Under the pieces are notes generated by a model. That model saw nothing but the letters and a program-made list of their open reading frames with translations, was not told where the DNA came from and made no database searches. A stretch of DNA of 36,373 nt from Longimicrobium sp. GTDB taxonomy: Bacteria; Gemmatimonadota; Gemmatimonadetes; Longimicrobiales; Longimicrobiaceae. The DNA lies in NCBI RefSeq assembly GCF_036554565.1, contig NZ_DATBNB010000327.1:1-36373 (forward strand), written 5' to 3'. How positions within the stretch are numbered: the stretch's first letter is position 1; each line of letters starts with the position of its first letter. Shown here piece by piece: positions 9,019-17,436 of the stretch. Made by a program: the position numbers and the translations under genes.

Positions 9019-9957
9019 TCATCGGGGGATCGCCGGTGGCGGGGCCGACGGGTTGAAGTGCTGGTAAACGAGGGCGCCAATCCGCGCGATCAGCAGGTTG
9101 GCGGGATTGTCGGTCGCGTAGGAGGTATCACGGTTCTCGCGCGTCATCACGCAGATCGCGACCGGCGCGTCCGGACCGTACAGAATACCACAGTCGTTTC
9201 TCGCCTGGTCCACGTCACCACTCTTGTGCGCCGCCCTGGCGCCCTCAGGAAGCCAGCGAGTGAGCTTGTTCCAGTCCTCGTTCTCACGCAGCATCGCGAG
9301 CGCCAGCGAGTCCATCCGCGGCGACACGGCGGTCCCGGCGTGCAGCCGCGCGAAGAGTTCCACCGTCTCGTCCGGCGTGGTGACGCCCAGCCCGTACTTC
9401 ACCGAGCTGTCCATCGCCACGCTCGTGGCACGGTTGAAGGTCTTGGAGTGGATCTTGGTGTGGGGCAGCCCCAAGGCCTCCATCTTCGTCCACACGGTGC
9501 GTATGTTCAGCTTTTCGAGCAGCAGGTTGGTAGCGGTGTTGTCCGAGATGATGATCATCAGCCGGGCCGCGTCTTCCACCGTCAGCTGCAGCCCGGGACG
9601 GAAGTGCTGCAGGACGCCGCTGCCTCCCACGCGGTCGCGCGCCAGCATCGACAGCGGCTCGTCCAGCCGCATGGTTCCCTTCTCCACCTCGTCCAGCAGC
9701 GCCACCAGGACGGCCACCTTGATCAGCGAGGCGCTGGAGAACGTCTCTCCGCCACGGATGGAGAGGGATTCTCCAGTCGCCAGGTTCCGCACGCTGACGC
9801 CCACGATTCCCTGGTAGCCCGCGGAGGCGTTTTCGATGGTGCGCCGGAGCGCGGCCGTGTCTGTGGAGGCGCGCGCGGAGCGGGCCTGTGCGGCGGCGGG
9901 CGCGCAGGCGGGGAGCAGGGCCAGCGCCAGGAGCAGGGCGAGTCGGATCAGCGGCAT
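9019..9957 (-). CDS. serine hydrolase, class A beta-lactamase-like (putative lipoprotein)
   Basis: SASLIK (SxxK), SDN, HKSG; signal peptide with LPAC. Confidence 0.9.
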   Translation of the reverse strand: MPLIRLALLLALALLPACAPAAAQARSARASTDTAALRRTIENASAGYQGIVGVSVRNLATGESLSIRGGETFSSASLIKVAVLVALLDEVEKGTMRLDEPLSMLARDRVGGSGVLQHFRPGLQLTVEDAARLMIIISDNTATNLLLEKLNIRTVWTKMEALGLPHTKIHSKTFNRATSVAMDSSVKYGLGVTTPDETVELFARLHAGTAVSPRMDSLALAMLRENEDWNKLTRWLPEGARAAHKSGDVDQARNDCGILYGPDAPVAICVMTRENRDTSYATDNPANLLIARIGALVYQHFNPSAPPPAIPR

Positions 9958-10107
9958 GGGCGTGTGTGGGTGGGGGCGGAAAGAGGATGCGGGGGCAAGA
10001 TGGCGCGCGGTCCATCCGCTGTCCACCGCGGCCTGCGGAGTGAACCGAAGATGGATCCGCAAGGGATTGTGGATCAACAGCTTAGGGACCCGTCCAGACC
10101 GAAGGTG

Positions 10108-10136
10108 TTGCGCTCGGTGGACCACGGGCGTAAGAT
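10108..10136 (+). promoter_or_regulatory. sigma70-type promoter for the NlpC/P60 gene
   Basis: TTGCGC-17 nt-TAAGAT. Confidence 0.55.
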
Positions 10137-10262
10137 GGCGCCCGTCTCAAACACTCGCTCTGCGATTCGCTTCGGTGCCGCCGCGGCCGTCCCTGGCAGG
10201 GGATGCCCCCCGGTGATCCGGTTCCTGGCACCGATCTGTCGAACCTGAACTCCCGCAACACG

Positions 10263-10856
10263 ATGGCCTGGTCACCCCGGAACGCGCTCTGCGCGCTCGT
10301 GCTCGTATTTCTGTCCGCGCCGGTGTTCGTCGCCGCACAGGAAGGCCCCCGCTCCGTCCGTTCGGCGGGGCCCCGCTTCAGCATCGAGGCTCGGCGCGAT
10401 TCCGTGGTGAGCATGGCCCGTCAGCAGCTCGGGCGTCAGTACGTGTTTGGTGGCACCACGCCGCGCGGGTTCGACTGCAGCGGCTTTACCCAGTACCTGA
10501 TGCGCGCCTTCGGCGTGGAAACGCCGCGGACGGCGGCGCAGCAGGCCCGCGCCGGCCAGGAGGTGCCGCGCGACCGCTCTATGCTTCGCCCGGGCGACAT
10601 CCTGACCTTCGGGCGGGGCGGCCGCGTGACGCACGTGGGCGTGTACGTGGGCGACGGGCGGTACGTGCATGCCAGCAGCGGCCAGGGGCGCATCGTGGAG
10701 AGCAGCCTCGACCGGCCGCAGTCCAGCCTGGTGCGCGCGTGGATGGGCGTTCGGCGCTACATCCGCGGCGACAGCGCCGAAACGCGGGCCGTGGCGCAGG
10801 CCGCTCCCGCGCCCCAGCCCAGCACCCGCCCCGTCGCACCGAAGCGCCGCGGCTGA
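10263..10856 (+). CDS. NlpC/P60 (C40) cell-wall peptidase
   Basis: Signal peptide; Y.FGG, GFDCSGF, PRTA..Q, PGD...F, HVGVY.G, HASS. Confidence 0.95.
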   Translation: MAWSPRNALCALVLVFLSAPVFVAAQEGPRSVRSAGPRFSIEARRDSVVSMARQQLGRQYVFGGTTPRGFDCSGFTQYLMRAFGVETPRTAAQQARAGQEVPRDRSMLRPGDILTFGRGGRVTHVGVYVGDGRYVHASSGQGRIVESSLDRPQSSLVRAWMGVRRYIRGDSAETRAVAQAAPAPQPSTRPVAPKRRG

Positions 10857-10880
10857 TCGGCAGCAGTTTGGGGAAACATC

Positions 10881-10913
10881 GAAGCCGGCCCGAGTGGGCC
10901 GGCTTCTTCGTTT
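10881..10913 (+). terminator. intrinsic terminator
   Basis: GAAGCCGGCCC-GAGT-GGGCCGGCTTC followed by TTCGTTT. Confidence 0.8.
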
Positions 10914-10963
10914 GTGCGCATCACCAGAATCCGCCGTCCCCGCCGTCCCCGAAGCCCCCACCC

Positions 10964-11092
10964 AACCTTGTCATCCAGAGGCCCGAACTCACTGCACTCA
11001 CGCGCACACCGCCCTGTGCCGGGCCGACGGATCTAGCCTGAACCACGTAACAGCCTGGGCGCGGCAGCGACACGGAGCCCCGGGGCCTCGGA
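10964..11092 (+). repeat. TGTCATCC...GGATCT-type interspersed repeat, copy A
   Basis: AACCTTGTCATCC.GAGGCCC...GGGCCGA.GGATCTAGCCTG...GCGCGGCAGCG...CCTCGGA; inverted copy at 17870-17996. Confidence 0.8.
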
Positions 11093-11148
11093 ACCTCGTG
11101 TGAAAGTGAGCCGAGCCGTGGGAATCCCACACCGAAGGCCAGCCTCCC

Positions 11149-11226
11149 GCCCCGCAAGGGTGGTGAGCCCTCACCTCGGATCGGCACCGGCCCTGCAAGG
11201 GTGATGGGCTCCCACCTCAAATCGGC
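11149..11226 (+). repeat. two imperfect 37-bp tandem copies (period 41)
   Basis: GCCCCGCAAGGGTGGTGAGCCCTCACCTCGGATCGGC and GCCCTGCAAGGGTGATGGGCTCCCACCTCAAATCGGC. Confidence 0.7.
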
Positions 11227-11236
11227 CCTCGGCTCC

Positions 11237-11289
11237 CACGGGCGAATGAATTCGCTGCAACGACCACACGAAGTCCGCCTTCGCGGACT
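11237..11289 (+). repeat. 53-bp REP-like double hairpin, copy 1
   Basis: CACGGGCGAATGAATTCGCTGCAAC...AGTCCGCCTTCGCGGACT. Confidence 0.9.
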
Positions 11290-11360
11290 GGCTTGTTTGG
11301 GTGCACTCGTCGGCAGTGGGGCGCGACCTTGCTGTGGATCTGGCCGCGCTCCTTGACCGC

Positions 11361-12527
11361 TTACCGTTGACGGCGGGGTTCTTCCGCGGGCAGACCGATG
11401 CCCGGGCGTAGCACTTCGCCGGTGACGGGATCGATGCGGGCGCCCGTGTCCGGAAAGTCCAGTACCGAGAGGGAGTCGGCCAGGGCGGAGGCGCGGCCGG
11501 TGTCGTCAGCCTGCACCTGGCCTGGTGGCAACTGGCGCGTGGACCTCAGTTGCGCAGAGAGCACACGGCCCTCGTCGTCGAGCACCGCGCAGGCGATGGC
11601 GCCGCGGTTCAGCGGCTCCACGAGCGAGAACGGGCCGTACGTCAGGAGATTGCCCAGCGAGTAGAACACCAGCGCGTTTCCCCGCCACTCCACGGCGCGC
11701 ATAACGTGCGGCCCGTGCCCGATCACCAGGTCCGCGCCGGCATCGGTGGCGGCACGTGCGAACGCGACGACGTTGCCGCGATCTTCCCCGTAGAAGATCT
11801 CGCGCCGGTCCGGCGTGCGCTGGTGCCCGCGGCCCTCCGCACCCATGTGCATGGTCACCACCAGCCGGGGCCAGCGCTCCGCGGCCCGGGCGACGTGGCG
11901 GCGCACCGAGCCGAGGTTCCGCGGGTCCGGGCCCGCCCACTGCGCGAAGCCCAGGAACGCCACGGTGTCGCCCTCCGCCGTGGCGACCACGGTGGCCAGC
12001 GTATCGGCCCCGGTGACGAGTGCGCCGGCGCTCTCCAGGTGGCGGATGGTGTTGCGTCGGCCTACGTCGCCATCATCCCGCGCGTGGTTGTTGGCCACGT
12101 TCGCGACGACCTCGGCGCTGTCCGCCACCTGCCGCAGCGCGCGCGCCGAGGCCTCAGGCGAGCGGAAGGCGTAGCACGCCGTGGAGCGCGGCGCGCACTT
12201 CCGCCGGTTGATCGGCCCGTCCCCGATCGCGCCCTCCACGTTCCACAGCACGATGTCGGCGTCCGCGACCAGAGGGCGAAGCGGCTCTACCAGCGAATCG
12301 GGTGCAGGCAGCGCGGGCACCCGCCGGCCCAGGCGCGCCCGCGTGTGCACCCACGCGGTGTCGAGGTTGGTTCCCAGTGTGATGTCTCCGCCCGCGCAAA
12401 TGCGCACGCCCGCCGTGTCTGCTTGCAAGGGAGCGGGCGGCTGGCCGGAGCGGGCCGGTTGGGCGTCGGCGAGCGTCGCGCTCAGTACGGCTGCCAGAAG
12501 GGCGAGGGCCGTTTTTGTGAGTGCCAT
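11361..12527 (-). CDS. CapA/PGA_cap family metallophosphoesterase
   Basis: GDITLG, NVEG, NVANNHARD, MHMGAE, GADLVIGHGPHV, YSLGN; signal peptide. Confidence 0.92.
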   Translation of the reverse strand: MALTKTALALLAAVLSATLADAQPARSGQPPAPLQADTAGVRICAGGDITLGTNLDTAWVHTRARLGRRVPALPAPDSLVEPLRPLVADADIVLWNVEGAIGDGPINRRKCAPRSTACYAFRSPEASARALRQVADSAEVVANVANNHARDDGDVGRRNTIRHLESAGALVTGADTLATVVATAEGDTVAFLGFAQWAGPDPRNLGSVRRHVARAAERWPRLVVTMHMGAEGRGHQRTPDRREIFYGEDRGNVVAFARAATDAGADLVIGHGPHVMRAVEWRGNALVFYSLGNLLTYGPFSLVEPLNRGAIACAVLDDEGRVLSAQLRSTRQLPPGQVQADDTGRASALADSLSVLDFPDTGARIDPVTGEVLRPGIGLPAEEPRRQR

Positions 12528-12553
12528 CACGACAATTTTGGGGGCGGGCTGTG

Positions 12554-12606
12554 CACGGGCGAATGAATTCGCTGCAACAAACACACGAAGTCCACCTGCG
12601 TGGACT
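12554..12606 (+). repeat. 53-bp REP-like double hairpin, copy 2 (downstream flank of tnpA)
   Basis: CACGGGCGAATGAATTCGCTGCAAC...AGTCCACCTGCGTGGACT. Confidence 0.9.
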
Positions 12607-12655
12607 ACCGGCTCTGGGGTGGTTCAGGTTTCAGGTGCGCGCCTTCGATTCGGTG

Positions 12656-13093
12656 CTACGCGGCGCTGGGGCCGGCTCGGTTTTGCTCCGCCGTCAGAAG
12701 CTCCAAAGACGAATGCGTGTTTCCGGCGGCGTGGTGCTCGGGCTGGTGCAGCACGTAGTTGCGCACCTTCTCGACGTGGTAGGGCGACACGGTGAACGCG
12801 CCGTATCCGCCCTGCCACTTGAACGCGACTCGCAGCCTCTGCCCCACCAGGTGCGAAGACGAGCCTTTCACCTGCTTCACCAGTTCCGCGACCGCAACGG
12901 TGGTCGGAAAGCGCACCAGCAGGTGCACATGGTCCTGCACGCCCCCGAACGCCTCGACGTTGGCGCCCAGCTTCGCCCACTCGGCGCGAATGCAGTGGTC
13001 GATCGCCTCCATCAGCCACGGCGTGATCAGCGGAGCACGGTTCCACGTGGCCCACGTGACGTGCAGGTACAACTGGGTGAAAGGCTCCCGCAT
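12656..13093 (-). CDS. tnpA: IS200/IS605-family Y1 HUH transposase (solo, REP-flanked, RAYT-like context)
   Basis: LYLHVTWAT..R.P, DHVHLL (HUH), VK..KG.SS, F.WQ.GYGAF.VS, V..Y...Q..HH; no tnpB adjacent. Confidence 0.93.
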   Translation of the reverse strand: MREPFTQLYLHVTWATWNRAPLITPWLMEAIDHCIRAEWAKLGANVEAFGGVQDHVHLLVRFPTTVAVAELVKQVKGSSSHLVGQRLRVAFKWQGGYGAFTVSPYHVEKVRNYVLHQPEHHAAGNTHSSLELLTAEQNRAGPSAA

Positions 13094-13153
13094 ATCCCAC
13101 TCGCACGAAGAGGTGGAGTCGCGCCACACACCGGCAGACACACGAAAACTTGC

Positions 13154-13206
13154 AGTCCACGAAGGTGGACATCGTGTGGTTGTTGCAGCGAATTCATTCG
13201 CCCGTG
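13154..13206 (-). repeat. 53-bp REP-like double hairpin, copy 3 (upstream flank of tnpA, inverted)
   Basis: AGTCCACGAAGGTGGAC...GTTGCAGCGAATTCATTCGCCCGTG. Confidence 0.9.
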
Positions 13207-13289
13207 CGGACTTGGGCCCACTCCAAAGCGGGCTTGGCTCACTTCGAAGCCGGGCCAGGGCTCACTCCGGCTGTCCACGCGCCCGCTGC

Positions 13290-14348
13290 CTACCGTGCCG
13301 CCACAAGCCGCCGCACAATGGCATCCCCCGCGGCCTGCGTACCCAGGGTGCCGCCAAGATCGGTGGTGGCCTCGCCGGCCAGGATGCAGGCGCGCACCGC
13401 GTCTTCCAGCTTCGCGGCTTCGGCGGGGCGGCCCAGGTGCTCCATCATCAGCCCGGCGGTGAGGGTGGCGGCGAAGGGGTTGGCCAGGTCCTTTCCCGCA
13501 ATGTCCGGCGCCGACCCGTGCACCGGCTCGAACAGGCCGATCCGCCCCGGGTGGATGTTCCCCGACGGCGACAGCCCCAGCCCGCCCGCCAGCTGCGCCC
13601 CCAGGTCCGATAGGATGTCGCCGAACAGGTTGCCGGTGACGATCACCTGGTAGCGCTCCGGCCGGCGCACCATGTCCATGGCCAGCATGTCGACGTACAG
13701 CGCCTCGCTCTCGATGTCGGCGTACTCGGCCGCCACCAGCTTGAACACGCGCCGCCACAGCCCGCCCGCGAACTCCATCGCATTCGCCTTGTCCGACATC
13801 GTCACGCGCGTCAGCCCGTTGCGGCGCGCGTACTCGAACGCCGCGCGAATGATGCGCTCCACGCCCTTGCGCGTGTTCACGTCTTCCTGGATGGCCACCT
13901 CGTCGGGCGTGCCCTGCTTGAAGGTGCCGCCCATCCCCACGTACACGCCCTCGGTGTTCTCGCGGAAGATGACGAAGTTCACGTCCTCCGCCTGCTTGTC
14001 GCGCAGGGGCGTCAGCCGCTCGTGGAACAGGCGCACGGGGCGAAAGTTCACGTACAGGTCCAGCCGGAAGCGCATCCCCAGCAGGATCTGGCGCGCGTGC
14101 TCGTTCCCCGGCACCCGCGAATCGCCCAGCGCGCCCAGCAGGATGGCCTGGTAGTTGGACTGCAGGTCGGCGAACTCGGCGTCGGTGATGGCCTCGCCGG
14201 TTTCCAGGTAGCGGTCGGCGCCGTGCGGCCACTCCACCAGGTCCAGCTCGAATCCGGTGCCTTCCGTCACCGCGCGGAGCGCCTTTACCGCCTCGCGCGT
14301 GACTTCCTTGCCCACGCCGTCACCGGGAATCACCGCCACTTTCGCCAT
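13290..14348 (-). CDS. isocitrate/isopropylmalate/tartrate dehydrogenase family protein (3-isopropylmalate dehydrogenase-like)
   Basis: VIPGDGVG.EV, RENTEG.Y, DKAN, NLFGDILSD, FEPVHGSAPDIAG...ANP; start at MAKVAV. Confidence 0.9.
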   Translation of the reverse strand: MAKVAVIPGDGVGKEVTREAVKALRAVTEGTGFELDLVEWPHGADRYLETGEAITDAEFADLQSNYQAILLGALGDSRVPGNEHARQILLGMRFRLDLYVNFRPVRLFHERLTPLRDKQAEDVNFVIFRENTEGVYVGMGGTFKQGTPDEVAIQEDVNTRKGVERIIRAAFEYARRNGLTRVTMSDKANAMEFAGGLWRRVFKLVAAEYADIESEALYVDMLAMDMVRRPERYQVIVTGNLFGDILSDLGAQLAGGLGLSPSGNIHPGRIGLFEPVHGSAPDIAGKDLANPFAATLTAGLMMEHLGRPAEAAKLEDAVRACILAGEATTDLGGTLGTQAAGDAIVRRLVAAR

Positions 14349-14507
14349 CGATCGAGCTTTCTGCTGGGGGAGGCCGCCGGCCGGGAGGGCCGAAAGGGCG
14401 GAAGCTAGGCGCGGCGGCGGCTGCGCGGCAAGCACGTCCGCAACGCCGTGGCGAGGCGTTTGCACCCGCAGGTGCGCGGAACGCGAACTCCGACACCGAG
14501 GTGCACG

Positions 14508-14975
14508 ATGGACCAGGACCAGGGCGGCGACGACACGCTCCGCGGCGTGGAGGACACGGCGGCGCGGGTGGCGCGCGAGGCGGCGGGCTCGCTTGACGAG
14601 AACCTCCGGGCGATGCACGGCGGCCAGGAGACGGACTATGCCTTTCCCCTGCCGCCCGACATGGCCGAGGCCGACCGCATCCGCGGCGCCGACGACGTGG
14701 ACCTGATGAACCGGCAGGCGAACGTCGCGGAAGGGCAGCGGCAAGCCGCCCAGCTGCTGCAGGAGAACGCCGAGCGGCTGCGACAGACGGGCCAGGAGCT
14801 CCGGCGGACGGAAAGCGCGGTGCGGGACAACCGCGGCGACGTGGGCGACATCCGCGACAACGTCCGCGCACTGGGCGACCAGCTCTCCGACGTCAGCAAC
14901 CAGATCGCCCGGACCGAGGTCCCCCAGGTGGACGAACCTGCGGACGGGCGTGGAAACGGGGACGCGCGGGGCTGA
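14508..14975 (+). CDS. hypothetical hydrophilic coiled-coil protein (155 aa)
   Basis: GAGGTG RBS; rich in D/E/N/Q/R/A with heptad pattern. Confidence 0.75.
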   Translation: MDQDQGGDDTLRGVEDTAARVAREAAGSLDENLRAMHGGQETDYAFPLPPDMAEADRIRGADDVDLMNRQANVAEGQRQAAQLLQENAERLRQTGQELRRTESAVRDNRGDVGDIRDNVRALGDQLSDVSNQIARTEVPQVDEPADGRGNGDARG

Positions 14976-15046
14976 GGGCCGGAACGGTACGTGCACCGGG
15001 ACGCGCCCGGCTGCAAACGCAAATCGACCCATCGCAGGAGGAACGG

Positions 15047-15352
15047 ATGGACCAGAACGATCGCGACCAGGGCAACGAAGACACGCGCAACGCCGAAGCG
15101 CACGTCCGCAACGCCCACGAAAACCTCGAGGCGCTGCAGGACCAGGCCCGCCGCGTAGAGGCGACGGCGCCCGACACCGACCGGCCCGTCGAGGGCTTCC
15201 GGGTGGACGGCATGCGGGGCGAAGACAATTCGCAGGCGAACGACAACCTGCGCAACGTGCAGGAAAACACCGAGGCGCTCCGCGACCAGGCGCGCCGGGT
15301 AGAGGCATCGACCCCGGACGACATCAACCGCACCGGCCCGCAGAACGGCTGA
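15047..15352 (+). CDS. hypothetical hydrophilic protein with internal 23-aa repeat (101 aa)
   Basis: AGGAGG RBS; RNAHENLEALQDQARRVEATAPD and RNVQENTEALRDQARRVEASTPD. Confidence 0.8.
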   Translation: MDQNDRDQGNEDTRNAEAHVRNAHENLEALQDQARRVEATAPDTDRPVEGFRVDGMRGEDNSQANDNLRNVQENTEALRDQARRVEASTPDDINRTGPQNG

Positions 15353-15368
15353 GGCGGGTGGATAGAGA

Positions 15369-15410
15369 GCGGGGCGGCGGACCACCCGGTCCGCCGCCCC
15401 GCGCTTTTTT
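15369..15410 (+). terminator. intrinsic terminator
   Basis: GCGGGGCGGCGGACC-ACCC-GGTCCGCCGCCCCGC then GCTTTTTT. Confidence 0.9.
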
Positions 15411-15515
15411 CGCCGCAGTACGGCCGCAGCGCGGGCTAGCACTGCGCTTGCGAGAGGGACGGGCGACAGTGTGCCGCGCTACGCGGAACGCCGGATATAG
15501 ACCGAGGAGAAGCAC

Positions 15516-16355
15516 ATGCGCTGGCAAGGCGGAAGGCAAAGCTCCAACCTGGAGGACGGCCGCGGACGCGGCGGCGGCGGGATGGCGGCGGGGGGCGGCA
15601 TCGGGGCGCTGGTCCTGGGCCTGCTGTACTACGCGCTGACCGGCGACTCGTCCGGACTGCAGCAGGCGGCGACGCCCGAGGCGGAGCCGGCTCCCACGCA
15701 GACCACCGCCCAGCAGGACTCGATGTCGCAGTTCGTGTCGGTGGTCCTGGCCAGCACCGAGGACGTGTGGCGCGGGCTCTTCCAGCAGTCGGGCGAAACC
15801 TACGAAGAGCCCAAGCTGCGGCTGTTCACCGGCCGCGTGCAGTCGGCGTGCGGCGGGGCGAGCGCCGCCGTGGGGCCGTTCTACTGCCCGGCGGACCAGC
15901 GCGTGTACATCGACCTGAGCTTCTACGAGCAGCTGCGGCGGGACCTGGGCGCGCCCGGCGACTTCGCCCAGGCGTACGTGATCGCGCACGAGGTAGGGCA
16001 CCACGTGCAGACGCTGCGGGGCATCTCGCAGCAGGTGAACGCGGCCAGCCAGCGGGTGAGCCAGGAAGAGGCCAATCAGCTCTCCGTGATGCAAGAGCTG
16101 CAGGCCGACTGCTACGCCGGCGTCTGGGGCCACCACTCGCAGCAGCAGCGGAAGTGGCTGGAGACGGGCGACGTGGAAGAGGCGCTGGGCGCGGCGACCG
16201 CCATCGGCGACGATGCGCTGCAGGGGCGCCAGGGCGACGTGCGGCCCGAAACCTTCACCCACGGCAGCAGCGAACAGCGGGTGCGCTGGTTCCGCCAGGG
16301 CTTCGAGTCGGGCGACGACCGCTCGTGCGACACCTTCAAGGCGGCGCGGCTCTGA
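15516..16355 (+). CDS. neutral zinc metallopeptidase, YpfJ-like
   Basis: R.S.N.ED N-terminus, GPFYCPAD..VYIDL.F, YVIAHEVGHHVQ, ELQADCYAG, FTHGSS.QR.RWF. Confidence 0.95.
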   Translation: MRWQGGRQSSNLEDGRGRGGGGMAAGGGIGALVLGLLYYALTGDSSGLQQAATPEAEPAPTQTTAQQDSMSQFVSVVLASTEDVWRGLFQQSGETYEEPKLRLFTGRVQSACGGASAAVGPFYCPADQRVYIDLSFYEQLRRDLGAPGDFAQAYVIAHEVGHHVQTLRGISQQVNAASQRVSQEEANQLSVMQELQADCYAGVWGHHSQQQRKWLETGDVEEALGAATAIGDDALQGRQGDVRPETFTHGSSEQRVRWFRQGFESGDDRSCDTFKAARL

Positions 16356-16573
16356 TCCCAAGGCCGGCGGAGGGGAGACGCGGGGCTGCCGGAACGGGCG
16401 GCCCCGCGTTCGTTTTCCTGGAGGATCCGATGCGCGGGATTGGTGCTGCGGCACGCGCGACCGTGGCGTGGTTCCTGGCCCGGGAACCCGCCCCCGAGCA
16501 ACAGCCACTGGCCTGAAGCAGGCGCCGTTTCCGGCGGATTGGCAGGCCGAGGGGAGAGATCGTGGCGGGGGGC

Positions 16574-16690
16574 TTCACAAGCGGGCGCCGCGCTGGTATA
16601 TTCGTCGCCCCGCACCGACCGAAGCGTGGCACGACGCGCGACACGGCGACGAGGCGGGGGCTTGCGCAGGCGGCCGGGCGGTTGTAAATT
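16574..16690 (+). promoter_or_regulatory. tandem sigma70-type promoters of the tRNA operon
   Basis: TTCACA-17-TATATT (16574-16602) and TTGCGC-17-TAAATT (16662-16690). Confidence 0.7.
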
Positions 16691-16710
16691 GTGCGGCTGC
16701 AAGCAATTAG

Positions 16711-16783
16711 GCACCGATAGCTCAACTGGCAGAGCAGGGGACTCTGAATCCCAAGGTTGTAGGTTCGATTCCTACTCGGTGCA
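16711..16783 (+). tRNA. tRNA with CTG (Gln) anticodon on a Lys-like body
   Basis: GCACCGA/TCGGTGC acceptor (G1-C72, A73), GCTC/GAGC D-stem, GGGGA-CT-CTG-AA-TCCCA anticodon arm; amino-acid identity ambiguous. Confidence 0.85.
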
Positions 16784-16786
16784 CTG

Positions 16787-16861
<75 letters not shown>

Positions 16862-16881
16862 CCTTTCGGGTTTGACAATTT

Positions 16882-16965
16882 GCTCCTGTGGCGGAACTGG
16901 TAGACGCGCTAGATTCAGGATCTAGTGGGCGCAAGCTCGTGGAGGTTCGAGTCCTCTCGGGAGCA
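16882..16965 (+). tRNA. tRNA-Leu(CAG)
   Basis: Long variable arm, CTAGA-TT-CAG-GA-TCTAG, A73. Confidence 0.97.
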
Positions 16966-16978
16966 TGAAGGGTGCAGG

Positions 16979-17051
16979 GCCCCGTTCGTCTAGTGGCCTA
17001 GGACATGGCCCTCTCAAGGCCAAAACACGGGTTCGATTCCCGTACGGGGTA
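16979..17051 (+). tRNA. tRNA-Glu(CTC)
   Basis: TCGTCTAG D-arm, TGGCC-CT-CTC-AA-GGCCA, short variable loop. Confidence 0.96.
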
Positions 17052-17069
17052 TTTTTTGCAGGAACGTGT

Positions 17070-17143
<74 letters not shown>

Positions 17144-17146
17144 TAG

Positions 17147-17221
17147 GGTCGCCTAGCTCAGCTGGTCCAGAGCGCTCGCTTCACACGCGAGAGGTCGTAG
17201 GTTCGAATCCTACGGCGACCA
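17147..17221 (+). tRNA. tRNA-Val(CAC)
   Basis: GGTCGCC/GGCGACC acceptor, CTCGC-TT-CAC-AC-GCGAG. Confidence 0.96.
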
Positions 17222-17241
17222 CTGCAGGTGCAGTACGGAGT

Positions 17242-17314
17242 GCGGGCATAGCTCAGTTGGTAGAGCGCAACCTTGCCAAGGTTGAGGTCGCCAGTTCGAA
17301 TCTGGTTGCCCGCT
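17242..17314 (+). tRNA. tRNA-Gly(GCC)
   Basis: GCGGGCA/TGCCCGC acceptor, U73, CAACC-TT-GCC-AA-GGTTG. Confidence 0.97.
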
Positions 17315-17328
17315 CTGTAGGTCGGTAA

Positions 17329-17402
17329 GCCCACTTAGCTCAGTTGGTTAGAGCATCTGACTGTTAATCAGAGGGTCCCAGGTTCGAGTCCTGGAGTGGG
17401 CG
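17329..17402 (+). tRNA. tRNA-Asn(GTT)
   Basis: GCCCACT/AGTGGGC acceptor, G73, TCTGA-CT-GTT-AA-TCAGA. Confidence 0.96.
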
Positions 17403-17436
17403 CTCTCGTCGGGATGGTTGGTTCGGTTCGGCTTGC

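Noticed and set aside
9019-9957. Serine hydrolases here and at 33445-34752 as antibiotic resistance genes
   Set aside because: Motifs show only superfamily membership; beta-lactamase activity cannot be inferred
10850-10873. GCTGATCGGCAGCAGTTTGG resembling an attC 3' end
   Set aside because: No matching 5' half, and it follows a core gene with its own terminator
14349-15308. Apparent 320-aa N-terminal extension of the dehydrogenase
   Set aside because: It is the antisense of two plus-strand genes with good RBSs; the family N-terminus starts at 14348
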